Source: Mytilus edulis (Eukaryota). From it: a stretch of DNA of 64,000 nucleotides. The translations under genes were made by a program, and so were the position numbers. A model generated the notes under the pieces. The model was not told the DNA's origin. It ran no database searches and was given only the letters and a program-made list of their open reading frames with translations. Below, piece after piece: positions 1 to 13,765 of the stretch (positions within the stretch are counted from its first letter, which is position 1; each line of letters starts with the position of its first letter). The stretch covers positions 54,002,001-54,066,000 of the forward strand of contig NC_092356.1 in the NCBI RefSeq assembly GCF_963676685.1, read 5' to 3'.

Positions 1-175
1 AGAAACCTATGTAGCAGATTATTTATTTGATGAACGGTCAGAATCTTACTATTGTATTTATTTTGTAGGGCATTTTTATATATATTTGTTTTTATCCTGA
101 AGTTAGTCCAGAAATAAAAGAAACCACCTTCAACAAATAATTGTGTTTTAATAAGCCCTAGAAAGTGCTACTACA
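1..175 (+). repeat. 3' portion of the 5' LTR
   Basis: Near-identical to 7841-8015; AATAAA near 113; ends in CA, followed by TAATT and TGGCGCCCA. Confidence 0.93.
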
Positions 176-180
176 TAATT

Positions 181-190
181 TGGCGCCCAC
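181..190 (+). promoter_or_regulatory. Primer binding site, probably tRNA-Lys type
   Basis: TGGCGCCCA starts 6 nt after the LTR end and matches the first 9 nt of the Lys(CUU)-type PBS TGGCGCCCAACG; sequence beyond that diverges. Confidence 0.6.
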
Positions 191-1778
191 AAAGAGCTAT
201 TTCTGTGACAACGTTGATATATCTACGATTGGAATTGGATTGAAGAAACCGTACGGTGAAAATTGTTCGAACGCCCCCGACCTAGTTATTGGCCATGTCT
301 GGTTCATATGAACGAAGAAAAGGTAAACAGGAATCGACATGTGATTGGAATTCTGAAACAACTTTTCTTGATTTATACTGATAGTGTAAGTTGAATTATG
401 TTTATATAAAATTAATTTGTGTATATATCATTACATTACATAACCACAAGAGTAATTTGCGATAATTTTGTACTGAACCGAGAATTTGAGAGCAAATTGG
501 TGTTGGAAAAATGTATTGTGGTATATATTTATGCATTGAAAGTTGTATAGTACATAGACAGAAAACTTATGCATTGAATGTTTGGTGGTTGTTGCTTACA
601 GTGAGACATATTTTGTGAATTTAGGTTGATTGAACATAGGATATTTTTTTTTCTTAGATAGACTTTATAGATATTTTTTTTCTTTGATACTTGACCTACC
701 CCCCCCCCCCCCCCTTTGTTTTAAAAGTAAACAAGGTCAAGGTCAACCGGAAGTACATGTAGTGGAATAGATTATACATACACAACACATGTAAACAAAT
801 CATAGTAAAACATAGTGACATTGGATATTGATTGTTTAACATTGATTGAAAATATTTGACACTTTTATTGTGTTTTGTGAAACATTGTCATTTAAATCTG
901 GACTTTATTAATTGACACTTACACGCATACACTTTGATTTTGGATAATTGATCCTGAATGTTTGTATCTCACTTACATGTAGGTACATACAAATAGAAAT
1001 TAGTGAATTTTTTTTTTTCTTCAAATTTATTTTTCTCTCATATTCACACACTGATGATAGGTACATGCATTTACTTTATGTGTTATTGCATACATGTGTG
1101 AAATGTAATGTGACTTATAGTACTTAGTTATATACATGTAGTATCATATATTGTGTTTATCATTTGTGTTTATTGGTGTTATATGTGATTTGTACTCTAA
1201 AAAAAAATAATATATAAACTTATTTAATTAGGAACATTAAATTTACGTAAACATTTACAGAGTAGTAGTGTTATACCGTATGTAAGGTGCATGTGCATGA
1301 AATCCTATATATAACAATTACCTGACAACACACACATTCCATCCTTTCTTTACTGCATGTAAACCTACCCGTGACATACTAAATTTGAACTTTCAGATTA
1401 CTTTGATGTTTCAGTGTTGCTATACTTCCAGTTAGTTCTTTGATAGTTTGGTATTTGGTAGGTACTGGAGTTGACACTAGTAGACATTGACTTAGTGACT
1501 TTACACGATTGATACTGAGTTGAGATATTATTGTGTCCCTGATTTAGAGATGTGAGCATAAAAGTTTCACATTTCTGACCAACCCTTTTACAGGGAGTGT
1601 ACATTGCTGAGTATTTACATTGTAATTTGGTGAGTGTACATTGTATTGCATTTGATTTGTACTTTGAGTATTTTTTTTATTTTTTTTTTTTTTGTGTACT
1701 GCATATTTTGATTTTACATTTATTATTTCTACACACATTATTGTAATCAGGTAAGTTGTAAACACACATACTTACATC

Positions 1779-3001
1779 ATGGCTGAAGGAGGAGATAAGG
1801 TCATTATTCATCAACCGAAGAGTCCGTCATTGGAGATAGATCCTGACATTAAAAAGATGATGGATGCATTTGCAAAGATGGGAGTTAAACCCAAGGCAGA
1901 TACTCCAGAGGAACTTACTGATTGGATGATGGGATTTTTGAAGTTGAAGGGAAAGATAAAGGAGGAACCAGAGGCCAAAATTGAGTTACAAGCACCACCT
2001 ATGTCATCTAAACCAGAAGATAAAGTCACCAAGACAGTTATTAACCATCCACCGAAGATAGCCTGGTTTTCCGGAACTGAAACCAAAGCTGGAGGTGTAA
2101 CGTTTGAGGTATGGAGGTATGAGGTGAGAGTCCTTATGAGGCAGAACTACGACAAAGACGCTGTACTCAACACTGTAAGACGATCGTTACGTGGAAAAGC
2201 TGGAATGGTTGCCATGAGAGTGGATTTAAATGCCTCAGTTCAAGAGATACTACAGAAACTAGACAGTGTTTATGGCAGTGTGGAAAAGAAGGAAGAATTA
2301 TTGGCGGAATTTTACAACGCACGTCAAGGAACAGATGAGAGCGTTACTACCTGGAGTTGTCGACTAGAGAGTATACTTGGGAATCAAAGGAAAGAGGATT
2401 AGTACAAACCAAGGACATTGATGAGATGCTACGATATATTCTTTGCACTGGACTTAGGACATCTTTAAAAGACATATCCGGCCACAAGTATGATACCATC
2501 AAGACATTTGATGCCTTTTGGGTAGCCATACGCCAGATAGAGGGTCATCATTTACTGAGGAAGTCATCACATTCATCTAAGCCACACACCAGCAAGGCAG
2601 CAACTGATGTTAAGGAAGCACCATCAGAAATTGACGAACTTAAAGGAATAATACATCAACTGGTAAATAGAATGGACACTTATGAGACAAACAAACAGAC
2701 ACCTCCATGGCAACAACAACAACAACAAAGGCAACAACAACAACAATGGCAACAACAACAACCACCTTGGCAACAACAACAACCACCTTGGCAACAACAA
2801 CACCATTGGCAACAACAACAAATATGGAATAGTCAACAACAACAACAGAAAGGTAGAGGACAACAGAACAACAACAACACAAGACAACAATCACAAAGGA
2901 AAACTAGTGATAATTTTGAGTGCTGGAGATGCGGACAATTTGGACACAGGAAGGCAAACTGCAATGTGAGATTGGACCACAGTAAAAAGGGACGTCCATA
3001 G
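1779..3001 (+). pseudogene. gag: Gag (PNMA/Ma-like capsid plus CCHC zinc knuckle), frameshifted near 2380
   Basis: ORF 1779-2402 has FSG..FEVWRYEV..RSLRGKA..FYNARQG.DESV; ORF 2357-3001 continues to CWRCGQFGHRKANC (CX2CX4HX4C). Confidence 0.9.
2705..2890 (+). repeat. (CAA)n-rich repeat encoding PPWQQQQ/poly-Q inside gag
   Basis: CAACAACAA runs interleaved with CCACCTTGG. Confidence 0.9.
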
Positions 3002-3015
3002 GTATAGCAAGATAA

Positions 3016-6000
3016 CAAGTTCCCATAAGCAACAGAGTTAAGACACCAGCAGGACTTTTTGAAACACCAACTGAAACCCAGATTTTTATTAATGGAAATG
3101 AAACTTCAACACTTTTGGGCACTGGCTCAACCGTTTCCATCATAAGCAACAGCTTCTTTCGGGAACACATAGCAACACCTTTGAAGAACCTAGATACATT
3201 ACTGGACATCGCATGCGCTGATGGTCAGCAACTACCATATCTTGGATATACAGAAGTTGAATTGGGAATACCTGGACATAAGCAAACACACTCTTGCATA
3301 CTATTGGTAGTACCAGACAGCAGATACAACCAAGGAGTACCACTCTTGCTTGGAACCAACACACTTGCAGCCATCATGGATACTTTTGAACAAGAACTTG
3401 GACAAAGATTTTTACAGAACAGTTGTCTCACTACACCATGGTACCTTACATTCCGTTGTATTTTACTGCGTGAAGAAGAACTTCTGAGGAACAACAACAG
3501 ATTAGGAATCATAAAGAGCGCAGAAGTCAAGAATATTACTGTACCAGTATAAGGAGATACCATACTATCGTCCAACAGCTATGACGCACTCTACTGTATT
3601 TGCAAAAGACTTCAAGGATTTCGATATTGAGCCAGGACTTGTCAATTATCGTCAAAAACAGAACGGACCAATGACCATCAAGATATCCAATGTAACAACA
3701 AGAACCATTAACATTCCACCAAGAGCTATCATCTGTGAACTCCAACCCGTATCACTTAAGTATCAACATGATCAGCCATCAGAGAAAGAAGTAGTTAACA
3801 ACATGAATCAGATAGAGTTCACCAAGAGCAACCTAACAGATGAGCATTATGATCAAGGATATCAACTTGTTACTTCATATTTGGACCTATTTTCCCAGAC
3901 AGATGATGATGTTGGCCATACAGATATTGTTCAGCACCGCATAGATCTGACAGACGACAAACCATTTAAACAGAGATATAAGAGTATACCACCTTCAGCC
4001 TATGACGAAGTTAGAGCTCACCTTAGACAGTTACTTGATGCTGGGATCACCAGACCTTCACGCAGTCCGTTTGCATCCAACGTAGTCTTGGTGAGGAAGA
4101 AGGACAACAGCCTGAGACTGTGTGTTGATTATCGTCAATTAAACAACATCAGCAAAAAAGATAGCTAAAGCTTACCAAGAATAGAGGAGCTTCTTGATTG
4201 TTTTGTTGGGAGTACGTTTTTTAGTACTATGGACATGAAGTCTGGTTATTATCAGGTAGGTATATACGAGCCAAATAAGGAACGAACAGCATTCACCGTT
4301 GGACCTTTAGCTATAGGCTTCTACGAGTATAACAGGATGCCGTTTGGACTTACCAACAGTCCAGCCACCTATCAACGACTGATGGAGAACTGCTTAGCAG
4401 AGTATCACCTTAGGATCAGCTGCGTATTCATAGATGACATCATTGTATTTGGCAAGACATGTGAGGAACATCTACACAACCTAGAGCTAGTACTGGAGCG
4501 GATACGTCAAGCACATCTGAAGTTGGCACCGAAGAAGTGTTCATTCTTCAAGAGGAAGGTAAAGTTTGTCGGCCACATTGTATCTGAATCTGGAGTACAG
4601 ATCGATCCAGCAAAGACCGACAAAGTCACCACATGGCCAACTCCTACTACACCAGAGGATGTAAGACGATTTCTGGGATTTGTTGGGTATTATCGCCGCT
4701 TTATACGGAACTTCAGCCAGGTCAGCAGACCACTAACAGATATCATGCCCACACCTACTGGGAAATAGAAAGGCATAGGTAAACCAAAACCACAGAAAGA
4801 TTGGGATTGGGGAGATGATGAAGATAGAGCATGTACCATCTTGAAACAACAACATACTTCAGCTCCTATTCTAGGATATGCAGACAGCACCCTTCCGTAT
4901 GAGCTACATACTGATGCTTCCGGAACCGGTTTAGGAGCAGTCCGTTACCAGGAACAACATGGACAGACGAGAGTTTTCAGCTATGCCAGCAGGGGACTCA
5001 CCAAGTCAGAGAAGAGCTACCCGCCACACAAGCTAGAGTTTCTTGCCTTGAAGTGGGCCGTAGTGGACAAGTTTAGGGACTATTTGTATGGAACTAGATT
5101 TTCCGTCCTGACTGACAACAACCCGATGACGTATGTACTAACTACAGCCAAGTTAGATGCCACGGGACATCGATGGTTAGCTGGTTTAGCAGCATTTGAT
5201 TTCACAATACAGTACCGTCCAGGAAAGAACAACGGGGACGCTGATGCGTTGAGTCGATTACCCATCACCATGGAGTCTGTGTAGACTAAAGTCATAAAGG
5301 AACTCTGTAATTTGACAGGAATGAAGAAGACTCGCACTACTAGCTACCGTCCGCAGGGTAATGGTATGTGCGAGAGGTTTAACCGCACACTACTTGGAAT
5401 GCTAGGAACATTAGAGCAACACCAAAGGAGGAACTGGAAAGCCTACGTTGGACCACTAGTTCATGCGTACAACTGCATCAGACATGATTCCACCGGCTAC
5501 TCACCGTACTATTTGATGTTCGGCCGGACCCAAAGACTACCAGTGGACCTTGCATTTGGTTTGAGGAAAGATGCAACAGGATCTAACTACATCAAGGACC
5601 TGAAACAGAGGCTAGACCACGCCTACACAGTTGCTTCGGAAGCCTCCAAGAAGTCTCAGCTTAGACAGAAAGAAGGTTATGACACCAAAGTCCGTGGAGC
5701 TACAATACAGAAAGGCGACCGTGTTCTAGTCAAGATAGTTGCATTTGGAGAAGGAAAACATAAGCTAGCAGACAAGTGGGAGTATGACCCTTACACCGTA
5801 CTTGCTCAGCCTAATGCGGATATACCAGTGTTTACTGTACAGAAGGAAAATGGTGAGGAAAGGAAAAGAAACCTACATATGAATCTCTCACTACCCATCG
5901 GATATCTGACAGACACTGAACCACCAGTACAGAGAGAAAAACCCGTACCAAAACCAAGATTGAGGAAGAAACAAACCACACCTGTCACATCTACTAGACC

Positions 6001-6031
6001 GGAGATCCAAGGAGTACATTCGGATGAATAG
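3016..6031 (+). pseudogene. pol: Pol polyprotein (protease, RT, RNase H, truncated integrase) with stops and frameshifts
   Basis: LLGTGSTVS (protease, catalytic D>G); [25 protein letters not shown]; RMPFGLTNSPATYQRLM; FIDDIIV; LHTDASGTGLGAV; TDNNP..ADALSR; PQGNGMCERFNRTL; GYSPYYLMFGR. Stops at 3550, 4166, 4766 and 5282. Confidence 0.95.
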
Positions 6032-6544
6032 TCTGATGAGGAGCCACTTGAGCTTGTGATAGTGGAGCATGATGCTAGCAGTGACACTACCATCACTGAG
6101 GAACAGCACGATGACTCTACTGTGACCGATACAACGGAGGATTCTGATTCTGACGGTGACGCCTATTCACAGGAAGCTACAGATATTGAATTAAAGCAGA
6201 AGGGACAGAAACTGAGTCAGTTATTAGAAGCGCTTCGACAGTCAGTAGTGAAGATAGTCTGCAGGAGGATAGTCCTGATGAAGCTTCTACAGCATCTTCA
6301 CCTGAACCAGTTCGGCGGTCTACTAGAGAGAGACAGCAACCAGCCTGGATGGGATCTGGAACATTCGACTTATCCAAATCAGTTGGTACACCAGTTAGTG
6401 AAAGCGAGTGGTACAAGAAGGTCCAGTTTATTACATCGTTGGCTGGAACACATCTATTCCGGGATTTACAGTCGGAAGCAACAAAGACCATACTCGACAT
6501 TGTCAAGACACCGTCAGCCGAGAAATAACGAGACGTCATTTGAC

Positions 6545-6558
6545 AGCTGGGGGGATTA
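6545..6558 (+). promoter_or_regulatory. Polypurine tract before the 3' LTR
   Basis: AGCTGGGGGGATTA immediately before TGTGG. Confidence 0.7.
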
Positions 6559-8015
6559 TGTGGTTGACTGTATTTTATAGGTTTTACAGTAATTGTGTAT
6601 AATTTTATATTTAGTTTATTGTGTTGTATTTTGTATATTATATGATTTAAAATGATTAATTAAGGGTATAGTATATTAATTACAGATTGTAATTAGTTGA
6701 TTAGTCTACATGTATATATATGCTTTGTCCATTCTATTTACGTATTTGACAGTTGGACTTTTTGACATACGACATTTTCTACTGATTTGGGTAATCTTGG
6801 TTTGACTATAGTTTACTTCAAATGTTTTCTTTTTATGCTTCATTGGACCGCACACTTTCTTTATTTCAATTAGTCATTATATTTTGGCGCTATATTTCTT
6901 TTGTTCTTTTATGCTGGTCATCACTTTTCTATATACTGGTGGACATATTGATATGTACTTGATGTAATTCTAAGTTTGAACCTATATTCGTTCTTAGTTT
7001 TCTCTATTCTGTATTCAGGTCAGTTATATTTCTCTATTACTAATTATACGTTAATAGTCTAGATATTTATTATTTTACCTAGAATGACTGTTTAGAATGA
7101 AAAGGCCGATGTGTAAATGTTGAATGCGAGATGAATGCTTTAAAACGATATAAAATAGATTAAGTACAGTAAAGTAGTATCTGTTTGATTACATTTTTTA
7201 AGAGTCGTTATTTTCATATTTTCATAAATAAAGTACTTTTAACTAATTTGGTAAATTATTAATCTAATACACATTGTATGAGAATTCGAGTGTTCCGGAA
7301 TGAATGTGTTAAATACTTTTAAAGGTAAAGATATAAACATAATAACAGTTTTGTGTATTGATTGATTATTTTAGCTAAGAATACAAATCGCAAACAGGTG
7401 GTTTATTAGGTCCGGTTTATTACAGTAAAACATGGATTACAATTTATTTATTTGTTATACAGGTATATTTTAAGTAATCCTGGGACGATGTGAAATAATT
7501 TCCATATAGATAAATCAGGAGGCCTTTGCACTTCATGCAAGGTAAGCTAAGTGTTATTTTTGTAATGTTCGTATTTTTGTTTGTTGCTATTTTATGCTTA
7601 CGGCATTCATACAGCATGCAGCTATTGCTTTTAGTTTTGTTAATTTGTTTATGTTAAAGTTCGTGTTAACCGTTATTTTTCGTATATTAGACTTGTTTAT
7701 TTAATACGAGTCGTTAAGTGCATATGTACTAGACTATGTCAGTTACGCTTAACAATATAAGCATATTGTTGTAAATACATGCAGAACAGTTTTATTTATA
7801 TTATTAATAGTAAAAAATTTGTTTATCATAATACATGGATAGAAACCTATGTAGCAGATTATTTATTTGATGAACGGTCAGAATCTTACTATTGTATTTA
7901 TTTTGTAGGGTATTTTTTATATATTTGTTATTATCCTGAAGTTAGTCCAGAAATAAAAGGAACCACCTTCAACAAAAGTATTGTGTTTTAATAAGCCCTA
8001 GAAAGTGCTACTACA
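6559..8015 (+). repeat. 3' LTR (~1.46 kb, TG...CA)
   Basis: Starts TGTGG after the PPT and ends CTACA matching the 5' LTR end. The start is inferred from the PPT only. Confidence 0.8.
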
Positions 8016-10460
8016 GTTGAATAATAAATAATCTGCAGTTGAAGGACAAACTTGCAGACAAAACTTTTGACGATTCCAAGGTTCATCAAGGTCACAATGA
8101 ATAAGCAAATATATGATGCAATACCAAACCTGAGAACAGGAAGTGGTAGAGACATGGGACTACCACCATTCAACTCAGGACTAATTGACCTTTCAAATGT
8201 CACAAGGTCAAGGTCATAGTACATTGTGAAAGTCAAAGTAAAATTTCATCATGACCAGTGGCGTAGCTGGGTCATATTAACGTGTACGCCCGAACCTTGG
8301 CGAGGGGTCTGAGGTGGTGACAAACCGCTCAATGCCACCCCCTGCTGGTAGTGGGTTCGAGGGGACGGAGCCCCCGAAAGCGATCGAGTTATCGGGAATG
8401 ACATAGCATTCCTGTCAGTAAAAATCATTGATAGTAACATACTTTTGAATCTAAATGGTATATTTTTATGTTTAATTTTGAGAACTTATTCATCGTGTTC
8501 ATTGGAAGCTAATTATAACGGACATTGGTTTTAGAGAAAACGTTCAAACCAATATTACTTTCAAATTGTTTAAAATCTTGAGTGAGCATACAATCGACAA
8601 AAGCACTTTTTAATGAACACGAAAAAAATATTTCTTAGAGATGCAATATGAAAAAATTCTGGTACACGATTTCTTTCCACAAGAAGTGAATCAATTTACC
8701 AGTCTTTTCCAGGAATTTAAAAAAAATCAAAAACTTTCTTTACTATATTTTCTTGATCTAGATTTTAACGTGTGCCAATATATCACATTTTATGAAGGTT
8801 TATAAATTGAGCATGTAAAACAATTAATTGCGCAAAGAAGTCCAGCTCAGTAAAGAACAGAAAAATGAACGAAAACAGATGCTTTCAAAATTTTGCTTTA
8901 GACATTAATCATAGAAAAAACTTATTCGATGAAGGTTCGACAAGTAGTTAATGTAATTGAGAAATAAAATAAAAATTAAGCCCAAACTATGACCACTTAT
9001 TAATTGCAGAAATAAATAAATACCGTTTATCCGTAAAATGTGGGGAAAGCTAAAGAAATAATTGCATTATTATATTGCACTGGATACTCTTTTGATCATA
9101 AACAGTTTTTTAACAGAGAGTCATTCAAAAGACTTTGTCCACATTCGGAACCTAAATATTGACGGCGCTGACGACGCTATGCCGGCTCGCTTTTGCGACA
9201 TAAGTCACATGCTCGACAACAATGCAAACCGCATATCGAATCTCAGCAGATAATGAATTGCTTTCAATATAAGAAAAGTACGCAGAATTCACAGTAGATT
9301 CAGACTTTTACAGAAAATTGGAACAAATATATGAAATGAACTATTTGATTAAAGTAAATTTAGTCCATTTTTCTATTGAAAATTACAATCCATTGAAGAG
9401 AGAAGCACAAGGCTGATGTGCTTTTGACCAGTTTTTCTTATTATATTTAGATAAAAAAAAATATTTTCAAAATTCAAGTGTACGCCCGGACGTTTTGACG
9501 TAAACGTAGCTACGCGCATGATGACCTGACATTGACCTCAAATTAAAGGTCTTAAAATACTTATCATTTTTGCAATTCATAGTAGGTTGCTATCTGTTAC
9601 CTTTTAAAAGATATACACACAAAACTATACTTTTAAGATTTATCTCGTAACTTTTTAACGGACATATTTGGGCTTAATGTATATATTTTTGAGCTCGTCG
9701 AGGGGAACATTTAATACACAGCATGTATGCAGCAAACTCTTACCATTTTCTTAATATATAGCTTGAAATTGCAGCGTAATTTTTTATATCACTCAGTGAC
9801 CTTTGACTTTGGGTGCAAGTTAAAGGTCACATGAACTACAGATTATTGGTCTAGGTCCAAAGTGTCTACGACTTCCGGTTCTCGAAATAGAATTTTTCAA
9901 AATTGTGTATAATTTTTAAAGACAAATAACTCCTTATAAGAGTTGGTAACAAAATGAATGTTTATGTTTATTAACATTGCCATATGTTCTTGTACATGCT
10001 GCCATTTTCCAATCGATTCTATCTCTAATACTTTTAAAGAAAAATACAAATGAAATGAATTGCTTCAAGGGACATAACTCTCAGAGGGGATGATGAAATC
10101 CTACGCAGCCTCCTATGGTAATATATCATGATGACATCTACCTATTGTCCAGATAAGGTCATGATATATTTTAAAACGACGAAGGGGGCATGTCGAAAAC
10201 AAACAATAAAAGTGAGATAACTTCTACAGGGGATAATGAAATCCTACACAGCCTCATCTGGTAATACTTCATGGTGAGGTCTACCGATGGTCCATATTTG
10301 GTCTTGATAACTTCAAAAGAAACATGAGGCGGGCTTGTCAAAAAAAAATGCTGGAAGAAAAGAAAAAAAAACATTAGAAAAAAAATAAGGTCTTTCCTCG
10401 CGTAGAGGAAAGACCGCATAAAAACAATAACGTCCATCCTAACGTAAGGAAAAGGCCTTA
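8016..10460 (+). mobile_element. Helentron-associated (HINE-like) non-autonomous element, interrupted by a hAT-like MITE
   Basis: TTGACCT/AGGTCA-rich body, internal duplicated blocks (~10070 and ~10215), terminal hairpin GGTCTTTCCTC-GCGTA-GAGGAAAGACC at 10389-10415. Confidence 0.55.
8256..9520. mobile_element. Non-autonomous DNA transposon with 5-bp TSD (hAT5-like)
   Basis: Ends CAGTGGCGTAGCT...AGCTACGCGCATG; TSD ATGAC at 8251-8255 and 9521-9525; GTGTACGCCCG near both ends. Confidence 0.8.
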
Positions 10461-13400
10461 AAAATAATAGTATACAAGACGCAACACGAACCTCTACAAA
10501 AACTGGGAGTAATTTCAGGTTATCCGGAAGGGTTAGCAGATTCTTCTCAAATATTGTCTAACAAAACTGTTATGTTTCAGGTCACCTTGACCTGTTTTCG
10601 TGGGAAAAGCGACATCTCTTATTTCGACCTCTGAAATCAATAAATGGGCGATGGGTACCATTTAGGTGTGTATCAATAAACAACTATCTCTCATATTTGG
10701 AATATCTTAAAGTAGTTAAAACTTATATTTCTGTAGTGGATCAGAAATATCAGTAACAGGTCAAATTATGAAATAAAAGTAGATATTGGAAGTATGTCAG
10801 TACGACAGTTATAAACGACATACATTTTCAAAATCCATTATAGAGTACGAATTTCAAGCAAGATACAAACTCTGTAAAATAATCAAGGTTTTACTTACAA
10901 TATATGTCTATAAAGTTTCAACGCCATTTTGTAGGGAAGTATAATGAAAAAGTTTAGTTATGCAAACTCATGATGTTCATATCTTCGTCGTATTTGTCAC
11001 GTGCCATCCTAAATAGAGATAACGGTAACAACAATTTTTCACAAAAAGTGTGTTAAGGACATTTGTGTGGGAAATAACCTATTCACAAAATACTCATTTG
11101 CATTGCTAAAAATAAAAACTGTTTGCAGAGTGGTTTGTATGATAACGACTAAAGATTTTCTTTTTTTTATATACATCCTAATGTTTCATTTGAATAGAAT
11201 AAAACATTATATGAGGAGGTAAAGTTGTCAGATGAATCAGGGGAAACATTCGTTAGTCATTCAAGGTAAAGTATAACCTACAAGTCATTTTAGTCGTAAG
11301 ATGTAGATTACAAACAGAATCCAAGACCGTGCGATCGTATATAGAACTCATATTCAAATGAGGTCATCATGATTATTTAAGTAATCCATAAACGCAAAAT
11401 ATATTATTCGTGTACGTAGCAATCGGAGACTCTTAAAAATGTTACGATTAAAATTGAAATGTTCTTACGAGTTGAATATAACTTTGTGGAAGACAAATCT
11501 AAATATTTTATGAAAATTAATGTAAATAAAAATGATATTGTTATAGACATAGAATAGAAATAAAGGAAATGTCGGGTACAGGCGAACGACAAGACAATTA
11601 GGCGTGACATATTTGAATGATGAAACAGTTCATAAAAGATACATCTGCCTTTCTAAAACAAATAGTGGCATTGTGTAATATCAAACGTTATCCTTGCTCG
11701 GAAGTTAACACTGGACAGAAATCAAAGATATATTTAATATCTCATCACATAGGATATAAAAACCAAAATGCGAAACTATATAAATAAAGAATTTATAAAT
11801 TTTGAACACAGGTATACTATTGTTGCCTTTATTTAGTTTTTCGTCGTGTTCAAAACAAAGTTGTCTATTGTTTCCCCTTTTTGTGTCAAATGCATAACTC
11901 CGGTGTAAAAAATGTATGACCATAATCTTTTTCTAACTATTACCTAAACATATATAACAAAATTAAAGAAAGAAATAAAGAAAAAAGGAATTCAATTTTA
12001 AAAGTACATGTTGTCTTTTTCACTTAAGACAAACGTTTACTTTAAATCGTTGCTGCAACTATCTGTCTTTTCCAGGACAATGCTGCATATACCTTATTTT
12101 TGATTTCAATTATTTTAAACATAACTTTTTTGCCTTAAGGATTTTTTTATATCCAAGCTGTTTATTTTCTTTTTTTTTTTTGTCGCTCACTCTTATAACA
12201 TTGTATCGGCATTAATCCTCCAGGAATTAGACAAACCTTGTAAAAAGAACATCAAAAGGCAATTAGATGCGATCATACTAAAAAATTAAGAAGACAGATG
12301 TTCACTGATGAGACCGAGTGCGACGAAAGGCTAATTGTCACTTGTATTGCATGCATCACTTGCCATTCAAATCCACACTAGGTCAAAATTTCACAAGCGG
12401 GAACAGGGCACAATCATTTAAATTACAAATCAGACAATTATACCGGTATCTTAAGATCAAAGACCGCAAAGCATATAAAAATTACTTCAGGCATCAACAC
12501 ATCGAATAGGTGTTAGTGATAGTGAAACTGATGTACTGTCAATTTATTCGTGCTTCTTTATATCTCTGTTGGAGCAGTTTTTGCGTGAGGAACAAATCCA
12601 AATTCCATCTGAGACGGTCATCATTATCTGAACAAATGTGTAATAAGACTGACCATAAATTGCTCGGTTAATTTTCAGTCAAAGTTCAGACTTACAAACT
12701 GCGGGAAAGTCAGTTCAGTTCAGACATATGACTTGTAGTCAATTATGATCTACTCAATCTATGTTCAGACTGTTTAGTAGTTGTCATTTACCGATACACA
12801 TAAACTTAATAACGGAATGTCTGACAGCTACTTAACGATTAACTCACCTTTAGCATTATTCCCAGTAATGCTAGGGTTTACTACTGTGTATTGTCAAGTG
12901 CGTGTATCAATTTTAGTCATAAATACCATGTACATATGCCTTACCTACCAGTAACGCGTATTGCGGTTTGAATAGTATTCTTAGTATCTGTGATGAGTTA
13001 TACAATCATTGGTTTGTTACCACAAGTGTACATTTCATGCCCGAGGATAACATCTACGGGGTCAACAACTTTGTGTCATTGGTCCGGTCTTCAACTACAA
13101 GTTACTGTTCTACGTCTAGTCGTAAATGTTATTAACAATATTTTCTTGGTTTCCCATAGAACTGAACATAGTAAGATTTTTGTTTTCATATGTAACGCTT
13201 CATATGTAATATGCAAGTTTAGATAGTAATAATAACGGGAAAGAAACAATCTTATACAAACAAAATATACTAAAGAAATGTCAAGTCGTCTATCCGTGGG
13301 AGTTTGTGTAAAGGTCATTAAACTTTTACGTCCTTGTTTGGGTAACAAAGGTTGTTAGCTTAATTCCACAAATCAATTTGGAAACACGACATTTATAAAA

Positions 13401-13765
13401 TGTTATTCCAATCATATATTAAGTTTTAAACTAAATAATTTCATTGGAACTAAATATTAGTGTGCAGTATTTGTGTGGTGAAACATTGCCTATATTGTTT
13501 GTATATCACACATACAATTCCCACGAGCACACAACAACCTCAAGCTACGGATAACTTAAACGGATGCATCCTGAATTTAAATCAGAGTAAATGTGTCCTG
13601 AAAAGAGTTTTATCATTCGAATATGCTGTTATAATATTCCGTTACGTTTAAACTTTTTTGTCATTATCTAGATTCATGAATAGCTGCCACCACTAAATAT
13701 GGACTAAACTATAATTGTTCTTTAATTAATGGCAACTAAAAAACATCAATACGACAAACGAACAG

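Larger units (their letters stand above)
1..8015 (+). mobile_element. Ty3/Gypsy (Metaviridae) LTR retrotransposon, degenerate; 5' LTR cut by window start
   Basis: Bases 1-175 recur at 7841-8015 with about 6-7 differences, both ending ...CTACA. PBS at 181, then gag-PR-RT-RNaseH-INT order, PPT at ~6545-6558. Confidence 0.96.

Noticed and set aside
690-755. Poly-C run with AGGTCAAGGTCA and CCGGAAGT motifs in the Gypsy leader
   Set aside because: These short motifs are common in local repeats; regulatory function cannot be supported from sequence alone.
2624-2969. Poly-L, poly-V and poly-N ORFs
   Set aside because: Alternative frames and antisense of the CAA repeat in gag.
6056-6580. Possible env or ORF3 of the Gypsy element
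   Set aside because: Acidic low-complexity continuation of the integrase tail broken by a stop and frameshift; no signal peptide or transmembrane segment.
12305-12345. CTGATGA...GAAA hammerhead-like spacing
   Set aside because: Stem II has mismatches and stems I and III do not pair; chance match or badly decayed.
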